Assembly: GCA_951406725.2 (NCBI GenBank)
Contig: OX597825.1
Coordinates: 26,722,001-26,786,000, forward strand
Direction of reading: 5' to 3'
DNA from: Octopus vulgaris
Lineage: Eukaryota
DNA length: 64,000 nucleotides
In this document: piece after piece, positions 13,252 through 25,099 of the stretch
Numbering within the stretch: the first letter of the stretch is position 1
How the letters are laid out: each line of letters begins with the position of its first letter
Made by a program: the position numbers and the translations under genes
The notes under the pieces: generated by a model
Seen by the model: only the letters and a program-made list of their open reading frames with translations
Told to the model about the DNA's origin: nothing
The model's database searches: none

Positions 13252-14267
13252 ACACACAAACACAAACACACACACATGCGTCCTTTTGTGTGTGTTTTAT
13301 GATGTTCAAAAAATTCACATTTGTTATTCCCTTATTCCTTATACGTCAACATATTTTCATTCTTTTTTTCTTATTTAATCTTTTTTTCATTCAATATTCT
13401 CTAAATTTTCGTTTTCTATTTGCATACATCACGAATATTTTCCCCATAATATTTCCACGTCAATACCACAAGCTGCATGTTTATGATGAAGACGACGGTG
13501 ATGATCGTGGCTACAATGATGATATTTCATCCGCACCTCATCCCTATGCGATTCTTCCCCCTCTTCGTCTCCCACTTCCTCCTCCTTCTCATTATCACCA
13601 CCTTCACATCTTCATATTTATAATTAGCATGAACTCTATCATTATATCGTAATGAAACGATGTCATTATCGTTAAAAACAAGGAATATAAACAACATGCG
13701 TCTCTTCAACATTATTCCAAAGCTTATCAACATCATTATCGTCTTCATCAGCAAGAGACTAAAGGACAGAATCATAATAACAGCTTGAAATTGTTTCAAA
13801 TTACGGCACAATACAGGACTGTTGAGGAGTAAAAGGTTAGGCAATACCACCAATGAAAACACTCGATTTGCACTTCAGAGGAATTACGAGCACTGTTATC
13901 TTCAGCGTGAATTTTACTCAGAATGTTAAGAGTAACAACAAATACATGATTCAAAACAATTTAGGTGAAACTAAGAATTATGTCAAGCCACCACTGTCAA
14001 TATAATGAATTTCTTAATTTTTATCATTGTCCGTATTGTCTTTAGGAATCGTTATCAATTGATAACAATATGATACCAACATTATTTTTATAATCATAAT
14101 CATCTTCCTCATTCTACATGTATCTTGATAAGTTCTAATGCGTGAAAGGTGTACAACGTTACGGGCGATTTTCTTCGGGCATTCCCATTCGATTGCCGAA
14201 TCTCTCTTTTTCTTTTGGCAATCGCTTCTGAAGCCAAAATAAAATACTATACATAACTGAATACAAG

Positions 14268-14515
14268 TGGAGGCGTGTGGCTTAGTGTTTAGGGTGTTGA
14301 ACTTATGATCATAAGGTTGTGGTTTCGATTCCTAGACCGTGCCATGCGCTGTGTTCTTGCGCAAATTACCTCATTTTCACGTTACTCCAGTCCACTCAGC
14401 TGGCAAAAATGAGGAATTCTGCGACGGACCGGTGTCCCGTCCAGATTGGGTGTTTCTGCGCCACTGAAACCGGGAAACCGGGCCTTATGATCCTGGCATG
14501 GCTCGAGAAGGAACA
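14268..14515 (+). mobile_element. tRNA-derived SINE family C
   Basis: A box TGGCTTAGTG, B box GTTTCGATTCC, CORE-like GTGTTCTTGCGCAAATTAC, GC-rich tail. A head fragment recurs near 35275-35320. Confidence 0.75.
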
Positions 14516-15124
14516 TTTATTTAATAACTGGATAAGTTTTATTGCTCATACATTCCATTTATCATTTCTTACAGTAATTCATAAAATTTCATCAAATCCT
14601 GGTCATTTGATCAAAGTTTAAAGATTACTGGATTATTAGTGTAAAATTTTGCTTACTAGCGGTGATCTTAAAACGTTGGTTTATAATTTGAATAGAGTTG
14701 ACGTCAAAGGTTATTTTGTTGAAAGATTCGTGTATACATGTATGATAGTGAAAGACAAGGGAGAAATCAGCAGTTGTACTTCGATTTAACTTATTTATCG
14801 ACCTTGGTCTCAAGAAGATTAGTCCCAATTGGAATTTTGAATTAATAGCGAAGACATAGGATGCAAAAGGATCAAAATATTTATCGTATGAGTTGTAGTA
14901 AAAATTTGTTTCGCATTTTCTTCGTCTTCACCCTCTACTTAATCATCATAAGTTTCTTCTTTCATTTATTCTTATATTTCCTCTGCATTATGCTTAACAG
15001 TCTCTGAATTGTTCAATGTCATAAGCTACAAGTTTTATAGCACTGGACATATAATAGAATTAGAATTTTGTTGGTTTTGATTTCACGAATGATAAATCGG
15101 CTCGTAATATTTGCTTCAAAGGTT

Positions 15125-15321
15125 AGTACAACGCCAGCAATTTCAAGGAAAGGGTAAGTCGATTACATCGACTCCAGTGCATGCCTGATACCTATTTTAT
15201 TGATCTCGAAATGAAGAACAGCAGAGACAACCTCGGTGGAGATTGAACTCAGAATAAAGAGTCGGACAAATGCCGCCAAACCTTTTGTCCGCCGTGTTAA
15301 CGATTCTGCCGCCTTATCGCC
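15125..15321 (-). mobile_element. SINE family B variant
   Basis: Reverse complement GGCGATAAGGCGGCAGAATCGTTAACACGGCGG...TTCTGAGTTCAATCTCCACCGAGGTTG...CACTGGAGTCGATGTAATCGACTT. Confidence 0.8.
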
Positions 15322-16251
15322 TTAGAGCGGCATGTTATAATAATTTACAACTCGTATTTTCTGATTTAAAAGTTTCCCAGCTCTCGACTACATGACGATG
15401 AGTAAAAATCGCAATATTATAATTAGTCTCACTTCCTTCAGAAGAAGATAGAACATTTAACGTTAACTACTGCAAAAAGTAACGTTAACTACTGCAAAAA
15501 AAAAAAAAAAAAAAGTGAAAGAGAAAATAACTGGACAAGTGATATCCCGATAATTATGTGAACGAAAGGAAAGAAAATTTCACAACTCTCGTGCTTCTCA
15601 AATTTACTATATTTTACAGTTTTCTGTATTATTTTGTAATATATAATTTTACAAGTGCTTCATTTTGTTTTCTATTTCTTCGTTGACGAATTACTTAGGC
15701 TGTCAAATTTCATCCGTTGACATCATATTAATTTCTGTTTCCTCATACTTCAAAAAATTACGGTTTTATGTCAATGCCTCATGTTGATTTTACTAATATT
15801 AGTGGTCGTAAAGTCGTTTGTAAAACGGTGAGTCAAATGCAATTTCTGAATCACCATTTTTCATCTCCCATATTTCTTTCATCAATATTTTTTGAGGTAG
15901 AATTTTTTTTTATTAATTTAGAGTTCATTAAATGAATAGCAGTTATAAACCCTAATGGATCCCGTTGAATAATTTACGTATGAAATTATGTTACAACCGT
16001 AACGTGTCTATTCATTCTTAATACTTTCTACGAAATTTGAACGTAAATATCTGATCACTCTTGTTATTGTCTACACTTCCTTTAAAAGCGGTGTCTGCTA
16101 TAACACACAGGATTCATTGGTGGGAAGGAACTTCAATACGACTCAGTATTTCGATCTCATAGTTCGTGGACGGATGAATGTCACAAGTAGAGGTGCTGTT
16201 GCTTAAAGGAATCTGCCTCACGGGTAATATTTCAGAGACTGCATGCAGGAT

Positions 16252-16641
16252 ATTTGTTTGTTTCAGTCATTTGACTGCGGCCATGCTAGAGCACCGTCTT
16301 TAGTCGAGCAAAACGTCCCCAGGACGTATTCTTTGTAGGCCTAGTATTTATTCTATCGGTCTCTCTTGCCGAACCGCTAAGTGACGAGGACGTAAACACA
16401 CCAGCATCGGTTGTCAAGCGATCCTAGGGGGACAAACACAGACACACACATAGACACAAACACACATGCGCACTCACACACACATATATATATATACGAC
16501 GGGATTCTTTCAGTTTCCATCTACCAAACCCGCTCACAAGGCTTTGGTCGGCCCGAGGCTATAGTAAAAGACACTTACCCAATATTCCACGCAGTGGGAT
16601 TGAACCCGGAACCATATGGTTGGTAAGCAAGCTACTTACTA
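16252..16641 (-). mobile_element. SINE family A copy
   Basis: Colinear with 58568-58985, including CAGTCATTTGACTGCGGCCATGCT and GAACCCGGAACCATATGGTTGGTAAGCAAGCTACTTAC. Confidence 0.9.
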
Positions 16642-16906
16642 ACGTGAATATCTAAACAGTGAAATCATTCGCTATCGGAGAGAATCTCTTCCCTTAGAAG
16701 CGATGTGCGTTCAGAACACAGGTAATTCACTGCTGTAAAGGGACTTCGAGAAACTGCTGTGTTTCGAACTCGCAGTACATCTCCTTCAGTTGAAAATATG
16801 AATACTCAGGTGTCCATTAAATTAATGCTTATGGAGATTTTCATGAATGCATCTTTGTATTCTCATAATTCATTAGATTAATGCGGTATAATAATGCAAA
16901 CTTTTT

Positions 16907-16981
16907 CATCCTCGTCGTCATCGTCGCTATCATCATCATCATCATCATCACCACCACCACCACGAACACCATCATCATCAA

Positions 16982-17045
<64 letters not shown>

Positions 17046-17067
17046 GTCATCGTCATAGTCATCGTCG

Positions 17068-17105
<38 letters not shown>

Positions 17106-17166
17106 GTCGTCATCGTCATCATCACCATCATCGTCATCGCCATCATCACCATCATCATCATCACCA
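16907..17166. repeat. (ATC)n array with GTC/ACC variants
   Basis: Direct inspection. Confidence 0.95.
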
Positions 17167-17463
17167 TTAATATTTCCGTTGTTGCACGTAATGATGTTAT
17201 GTTTTTAACACTATTTAATAAATCAACTGTTTATTGAATTAATTATTCAATTGTAACAATTAAATGATAATTCACAATGGTGATTTAGCTAGAAGCATCC
17301 GAATCTACTCTCTATCATTTGCGAAACACAGAATTACAGATACTTCAGAAGCAATTATGCTTTTATATACGCGAACGCATTCAAATCCATACAATGACAT
17401 GCACACAGATTAACAATTTCCCACATTGTACAAACGTATATGTATCTGCGAGTGTATATACAT

Positions 17464-17657
17464 ATATACTTGTGTACACACATATGTAATCACTTCTCTA
17501 TATAAAGAGATACAAATATACATGTGTACACACCCATACTTATGTTTATATGCCTATATGAATATAGGCATATAAACATAAGTATGGGTGTGTAAACATG
17601 TATATTTGTATCTCTTTATATAGAGAAGTGTATACATATGTGTGTATATAAGTATAT
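17464..17657. repeat. Near-perfect palindrome of about 190 bp (2-nt centre)
   Basis: 17491-17559 is the reverse complement of 17562-17630 with one mismatch. Imperfect pairing extends about 27 bp further on each side. Confidence 0.93.
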
Positions 17658-17818
17658 GTGCATGTGTATGAATGAATGCCTGTGTGTGTGTGTGTGTGCT
17701 TGTATTAAATAATAAAATTTGTTAGCTAGTATTTGGGATACTTATTTACTACCGTTCTCACCCCGGTCTTTCTGACTCTTATCAGATAGATTTTTGGTTA
17801 TATATGTATGTGTGTGCG

Positions 17819-17856
<38 letters not shown>

Positions 17857-17885
17857 TGTGTGTGTAGAATACGAATACAATATAA

Positions 17886-18299
17886 GGCGGTAAGCTGGCA
17901 GAAAGGTTAGCACGCCGGCCGAAATGCTTTGTGGTATTTCGTCCGCCGCTGCGTTCTGAGTTCAAATTCCGCCGAGGTCGACTTTGCATTTCATCCTTTC
18001 GGGGTCGATAAATTAAGTACCAGTTACGCACTGGGTTCGATGTAATCGACTTAATCCGTTTGTCTGTCTTTGTCGTCCCCTCTGTGTTTAGCCCCTTGTG
18101 AGTAGTAAAGAAATAGGTATTTCGTCTGCCGTTACTTTCTGAGTTCAAATTCCGCCGAGGTTGACTTTGCCTTTCATCCTTTCGGGGTCGATAAATTAAG
18201 TACTAGTTACGTACTGGGGTCGATGTAATCCACTTAATCCCTTTGTCTGTCTTTGTGTGTCCCCTCTATGTTTAGCTCCTGTGGACAATAAAGAAATAA
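17886..18299 (+). mobile_element. SINE family B, head-to-tail dimer (full unit plus headless unit)
   Basis: GGCGGTAAGCTGGCAGAAAGGTTAGC...GAGTTCAAATTCC (B box)...TTTCATCCTTTCGGGGTCGATAAATTAAGTACCAG (Meta/MESC-like central domain). The second unit starts at GTATTTCG near 18117. Confidence 0.93.
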
Positions 18300-19055
18300 G
18301 AAGAAGAATACAAAGTTGTTTTATTTCACGCAGCTGGAAATATAGGAAAAATAGAAGTTGAGAATGCATTGAGAATAGTTAAAGATATAATCGGTTTTGC
18401 TTTGTTTCTGACAAGTGTTAGAAGCTTGCCCTAATTTTAGAGGTATTTCATGGCTGAAATTAGTTTATATTTTGGATAGAGTTTGAATGGTCGAGGATGG
18501 TCGTATGATTGGACTTAGAAATACGTGTAGGTTTCCCCACTACGTCCCTGTGTTTGTATCTATTGACAATGTTTAGTGTCGTGAGTTAAAGCTGACACGG
18601 TTGACTGAACAAGCCGAGTGGTGGTGCACGTATTTAAGTTTAGAACTTTCTGTATGTTTTCCCGCTACCTCTGTGCGTTAGTGTTAAGTGGCAGTATATT
18701 TAACACCTAAAATGAAGATCGACACGGTTCAGTGAAAATCTTTAGTTACAATCAAGGCAAATATGTTTAGTTACAATCAAACTAAGATTTCTAAGGTCAG
18801 CGATGTGACTAACCTCTACCAATCAAACCCTATCCAAAAGATACTAATTTGCGCTATGATCTCCCTATAAAAATAGGGCTACAAATACTAGTCAGAAGCA
18901 AAACAGCCGTGACATAAGCCACGTTTTTCTATTTAAAAATTTTGAAAATGTGAGTAAACTGTGAAACCGGTTAAATCTTTAAATATAATAAAAAATATAT
19001 TAACTATCAGTGAATACACATACGTATATACAAACATATATATATATATATATAT

Positions 19056-19659
19056 ATTTATCAATATAGGGTAGCAAAAAAAATTCAAGAAAAATTCAAG
19101 AAAAATTTTCTGCAACCAGCGGTCAAGTGAGAAAATAGAAATAGTCACAGACTATATAATATATTCAACAAAGTATTAAGGAATGACCCTAACAGGTCTT
19201 TCAACTCACTTGAAAAGAGCAGCCAAACTCAAACCGCAAAAATAGTAGTAATTCTGAAAGCTAAAGGAGAAATAAAAACATTTATCCATTTCAACTTTGT
19301 ACCCTGCAAGGTTTCAACAATTTTTACGCAATCGAACATAATTAAATTAAATTAAATCCGTTTGCGATTGGCTTGTTTCATCAGCAAGATCACCAAAAGA
19401 AAAGGAGAACACATACCCACGAGGCGACACCACTGAAGCCCCGAGTGTATATATCCTAATTTTTCGAAATCCAACGTAACCGCGCCAACTACTCAGCAGC
19501 AAATATAAACTGCTGATACAATTTCAGAATTAGTCAAAAATTATTAATTTATCAATATAGGGTAGCAAAAAATTCAAGAAAAATTCAAGAAAAATTTTCT
19601 GCAACCAGCGGTCAAGTGAGAAAATAGAAATAGTCACAGACTATATAATATATTCAACA
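19056..19659 (-). mobile_element. HHR-bearing non-coding element with terminal direct repeats (retrozyme/pLTR-like)
   Basis: Direct repeats 19056-19170 and 19547-19659, identical except one A-run; period about 490 bp. Flanked by (TA)n and (CA)n. Confidence 0.85.
19294..19390 (-). ncRNA. Type-I hammerhead ribozyme
   Basis: Minus strand: ATCTTG-CTGATGA-AACAA...TTGTT-GAAA-CCTTGCAGGG-TA-CAAAGT, with an extended stem II containing AATCG/CGATT. Confidence 0.8.
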
Positions 19660-19774
19660 CACACACACACGCACACACATGTATATATATATATGTACAT
19701 ATGTATACATGCATATATATATTTATTTATACATATATGTCCATGTATGTTTGTATGTGTGCGTGTGTATGCAT

Positions 19775-20190
19775 TATCTGCTTCAAATTTCATCGTTCTT
19801 GACACAATCAAGGAGATCTTGTGCAAATGAAACCCGAGTTTGTTTCCGGTCAGCTGGAAATAGTTTTGACACTAACTTGGCAGACACGCTCTCATACCCA
19901 AATCTTCAGGGATAATAAACTAAACTGACGTGTAACTAAACTGCACATCCTCTGATAATTCACGGCTGGTCATTCGACGATCTCTCGGCACAGCTGTACG
20001 CACATCTGCGGTGTATTTCTCAGTTTCACTGGTTGTGTGTCTCTCAGAACGTTCGTCAATATTGACATTTTATCGGCCATCTTGGATATGTCTGAACCAC
20101 TTAGACACGTGTGTGCTGTTCAAACACTCCTCTCCATACACTTTCTGGAACTCTGCGTAGGCCTACCAGGGTCAATGAGACGATCACACA
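19775..20190 (-). mobile_element. Mariner transposase N-terminal fragment (second subfamily)
   Basis: Minus translation AYAEFQKVYGEECLNSTHVSKWFRHIQDGR*NVNIDERSER...DRRMTSRELSEDV...EDLGMR...RVSFAQDLLDCVKND (paired HTH plus linker). Confidence 0.8.
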
Positions 20191-20250
20191 TTACATACCT
20201 TCATTCCACGCACTGCTGTAAATAGAAGTGAGCTAGAAGGTTAAAACTTA

Positions 20251-20476
20251 GGCGGCGAGCTGGTGGAATCGTTAGCACGCCGGGCGAAATGCTTAGCGGT
20301 TTATCGCCTGCCGTTACGTTCTGAGTTCAAACTCCACCGAAGTAGTTTTTGCCTTTCATCCGGGGTCGATTAAATAAGTACCAGTTACGCACTGGGGTCG
20401 ATATAATCGATTTATCCGTTTGTCTGTCCTTGTTTGTTCCCTCTGTGTGTAGCCCCTTGTGGGCAGTAAAGAAATA
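20251..20476 (+). mobile_element. SINE family B copy with 16-17 bp target-site duplication
   Basis: AGAAGGTTAAAACTTA(G) at 20235-20250 and 20477-20492 flanks a complete unit. Confidence 0.95.
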
Positions 20477-21058
20477 AGAAGGTTAAAACTTAGTGCGTAT
20501 GCAAAGCAGACTTCAAGTTCAATCTTTGCCTGGCGGATTTACTCTGCGGACTTTAGCATTGTTCCTATGGCAACAGTCCCGAACCTTGTTGATCAGACCT
20601 CGCATATATATATATGTCTGGATGTCTGGATGGATGAATGCGAGCTTCTGTATGCATATTCATATTGTATTAATTATCGTGTGTATTGTGTGCGTATGTC
20701 TGACTATATTTATGTGTATTTTACACACAGTTTAATAATCATAGTTTCATAGATAAACAGACTGACAGTTGGTGGGTGTGGAAGATGATTTTTTATAAAA
20801 GCAAAACAAAACTGACATCTTGTATTGTCACTTCCAATCTGAACAAATGAATACAATACAATTTAAAAGAAGCTCCTTTCACACATAAAAAACCCTTACC
20901 CATATAGAAAGAACAACAGATATCTTCAGAAAATGCAAGATTGACATCTTGAAACATCATTAACTTCAAACACCTGCGAACCTACCGAACATAAAAAATA
21001 TAATAATAGCCATCTCAAAAAATAAAAAGGACAAAGACCTTCCTTACTCCCTATCTGC

Positions 21059-21110
<52 letters not shown>

Positions 21111-21318
21111 ATTCCGTTCTGCCTTCTTTTTCTGTATCGCTTTCACTCCTGCTTTTATTTCTGTTTTTTTTTTCTGAAATAATGAGATTAAAAAATAAGT
21201 AAAAAAATGTGTTCTCATATTTTGTGTGCAGTTAAGAATATCCTGGGAAATTTGTCTTAAAGTCTCTTCTTGAATACGTTGTCTGTGTAGGGTTCTGGAA
21301 TAGGCTCAATAGTGGTCA

Positions 21319-21364
<46 letters not shown>

Positions 21365-21374
21365 GGTGGGGACA

Positions 21375-21518
21375 GTTTCTGTCTATCAAATGCGCTCACA
21401 AGGCTTTGTTAGGTCAGAGGCTAGAGTAGAAAGCACTTTGCCAAGGTGCCACGCAGTGTGACTAAACCCGAAAGCATGAGGTTAGGAAGCAAGCTTCATA
21501 CCACAGCCACTCCTATAG
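21375..21518 (-). mobile_element. SINE family A 5' half
   Basis: CAGTTTCTGTCTATCAAATGCGCTCACAAGGCTTTG...CCAAGGTGCCACGCAGTG...ACCACAGCCACTCCTA. Confidence 0.85.
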
Positions 21519-21537
21519 CTATATATATATGTGTGTG

Positions 21538-21597
<60 letters not shown>

Positions 21598-21604
21598 GCA
21601 TATG

Positions 21605-21636
<32 letters not shown>

Positions 21637-21659
21637 CATGTATATATAAAGATACATAC

Positions 21660-21696
<37 letters not shown>

Positions 21697-21806
21697 TAGT
21701 TGAATAAATTATCTTAGTATGGATAATTCGGTTAACCGATACCTGGGTAGCAAATTCACGTCAGAAAAACACGGTTGAAGCTACATGCCAAGGGCAGAGA
21801 CATAAG

Positions 21807-21905
21807 TTCCTTGTTTTTCCTGATGAGAAGGCGGCATAGTGCACCCCTGATTCCTTCGAAATTAGGAATATGCAGCCTTTGAAACATATGTCGAGAATAA
21901 AAGAA
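21807..21905 (+). ncRNA. Type-I hammerhead ribozyme within a 250-bp insert in (TA)n (21694-21945)
   Basis: TTCCTTGTTTTTC-CTGATGA-GAAGGCGGCATA...TATGCAGCCTTT-GAAA-CATATG-TC-GAGAATAAAAGAA; GUC cleavage triplet at 21890-21892. Confidence 0.85.
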
Positions 21906-21938
21906 TTTTGTTAAATCGTCGTTCAACTCCATTCTTTC

Positions 21939-21990
<52 letters not shown>

Positions 21991-21991
21991 C

Positions 21992-22053
<62 letters not shown>

Positions 22054-22324
22054 CTTATATCTGCTGAAGTTATTCAATAGACAAGTTTTTTTTTGTGCGA
22101 TTGCCATTATTCATTGCGGTAATCTTGTATATATCTTATGCAATGATAAATATCAAAATATATCTTTACCTGAAAATAACGTTCTTAAAACTTCTCCCCC
22201 CCCCCCAACACATACATATGTATCTATATAAGCATATCCGTCGAAGTGTTATGTATATATCTAAGCTTATCCTTACCTCTTTACCTATATTTCCATGCAT
22301 CAATCTAAGAATCTGTCTCGTTAG

Positions 22325-22374
<50 letters not shown>

Positions 22375-22395
22375 ATCTTGACTATTAATTCTGCA

Positions 22396-23115
22396 CGCGG
22401 ATTTTCCATATGCAGCACCGCAGCTCATCACAGATACGCCTCCATATTCAACAGCTGGAAAAAGTTAGTCTTGGTCAAATGCTTCCTTTGGCTGTCTCCA
22501 GATGCATACGCCGTTGATAAAGGATGATTCGTCAGAGAAAACAACATTCCTCCACTGCTTTAAGGACCAATTCTATAAGTTTTTACTCTACTCTAAACGC
22601 TTTTCAAAGTTTGTTTTTTGAAAGTAACGTTATTCTTATTGCAGTGAAATTCGGCCTGGTGCAGCTCCCGGCGAATATTTTTGTGGAAACTGGGTTCTCG
22701 AGGTGGTCATTAAGTTCTGTAGTAATTTTGGGAGCTGTACTTTTGTGATCCTTTCTAACAATTTGCGTAAGAATCCGACGGTCCCTATCTGAAAGTTTTG
22801 GTTTTCATCCGAAGATTTTCGACGAGGAAGTTTTTGCTTCTTTCTCAAAGGGTGTCAATAATTTCAAGGCAGTACTTCTTGATAGATCAAACATTTCAGC
22901 GGTTTTCGTAACGCTGTTTGACAGTCCGATAGGTCTGTCTACTGAATAATTTTAATTGCCTTTTTTGTGATATCTGAAAAGAAGCAGCAATTTTAGCAAA
23001 ACTTATTAAGTAACACTAATAATAATTCAAAAACATAAAAATAAACTGGTCTTGTAGATATTTCAAAATTATGATGATATGATACTAGGTGTTTCCATAT
23101 TTTGTCCAACCCTTG
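22396..23115 (-). mobile_element. Tc1 (DD36E-type family) 5' part with left TIR
   Basis: TIR CAAGGGTTGGACAAAATATGGAAAC next to TA. Translation SVTKTAEMFDLSRST...KPKLSDRDRRILTQIVRKDHKSTAPKITTELNDHLENPVST...WRNVVFSDESSF...WRQPKEAF. Confidence 0.9.
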
Positions 23116-23118
23116 TAC

Positions 23119-23183
<65 letters not shown>

Positions 23184-23237
23184 CATACCTATGTATATAC
23201 ATATATATATGTATAGACACACAGTCACACACGAACA

Positions 23238-23295
<58 letters not shown>

Positions 23296-23569
23296 GTATA
23301 GTGAAAGAGAAGGACAGAATTCGATATGATTCTGACATTTAAAATACAAGACGGGGAAGTATTATTTCAAATTCTACCAGAAGATATACGAAATTAACGC
23401 TAATTATCACGCGCATAAGTAACAGTTTTGTGTATACATTGCTTTGTTATGAGCGCATAACTCCACATAACTGTAAAATTCTGAACACACGTAAACACTG
23501 ATATATATATGTATCTATGTATATACATATATATATATATGTATGTATATATATATATATATATATATC

Positions 23570-23618
<49 letters not shown>

Positions 23619-23643
23619 CATACATGCATACACACACACAAAC

Positions 23644-23684
<41 letters not shown>

Positions 23685-24139
23685 AATATATATAGTGGCA
23701 GGAAAATAGTCACATACTATCCATATGTTAGGATTTGCGTATGCATGCATATAGACGTATAACGACACACACGTATATACACAGACATATATACATATTT
23801 ATAGAGATATAAACCAGTAAGTATATATACTCATATATATATATAAAGGAAGAAAGAGAGTGGGGGGGAGAATAGCATATCATCTATTTAAATGAAGTGA
23901 GTTTCGTGACTTTTTTCTTTGATGGTATCTGTTAATGGATGATTAAACTTATTACGTTGAGAGAATGGAACATGGGAACTGTGACACTTCACGAATCTCC
24001 CCAGGGTTCTATATCATAATTACATCTACAATTTATATATATACAATAAGTTATGTATATGCCTGTGCATTTATATATGCTTGTATGTATATATATGTTT
24101 GTATATTTACGTATATATGCATAGTGAATGAGGAGAGAA

Positions 24140-24173
<34 letters not shown>

Positions 24174-24287
24174 AGCAAATTGATAGATAGATTTACATAA
24201 ATACAAATGCACACACATATCCACACATACACACGCACACACACACACATATATATCTATCTATCTATCTATATATATATATATATA

Positions 24288-24337
<50 letters not shown>

Positions 24338-25099
24338 CCTGCCTACCCACACACAATTAATTCCAACGTGCACATACGATCTTTTGCAAAGGGAATACTA
24401 TAAACACTATTTCAAAGCAAAGCGTGATTCCCGTAACGAATTACTGTACATCAAAAATACATCTACTACGACAGGTCCTCATTGGTCTCATTAATTAGCT
24501 GAAATTTATTGATATAATCTTCGATATATAATTTGCATGTTAATTGAGTGTGTGTGTATGATGCCTGTGTATATGTGTATGTTTATGAATATATATGTAT
24601 GTTTATGAAAGCTCGACCATCTTAAGTACAAATACAGCGTTAATTCGTCAAGTGAACACAGATTTGGCTTTTAAACCCGGAGACTGTCTTAAAGTACGTA
24701 CATTCCACAATTATTGCAAAAATTGTCACATTTCAGAATTTGTCAATTCGTTGTGTTTTTTTGTGCATACCTATAATTTTCGTTCGGTCTCAGATTTACA
24801 TACTTTTTGATAAAAATGAAAACTGTAGTGTCTTTTCTTAAAACCAGCCATTCTTGTCTCCCGCTACAAGAATGGCTGGACAGTTTAATGGTATCTACTT
24901 AAGTCCGCATATGTGCGAATGTGTATATTTTTTAAAGAACCGAAAATGTGGGAATGGGAGTAACTATACCTGAGTACTGACACACCTGATGTTCTACTTT
25001 ATTGCATGTCTTATTCTCTTCAGTTTTCCTATTTTTCTTACTTTTCTTAACTACTCACTGTCTGAATCTATAACTTCCAAACAGAATCTGTACCTCGTC

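Noticed and set aside
14268-14345. tRNA genes at SINE heads (also 17886, 20251, 58568)
   Set aside because: A/B boxes run into SINE bodies and no complete cloverleaf can be drawn.
15458-15514. 22-bp tandem duplication before a poly-A run
   Set aside because: Most simply slippage or an assembly artefact; nothing lies between the copies to make it a TSD.
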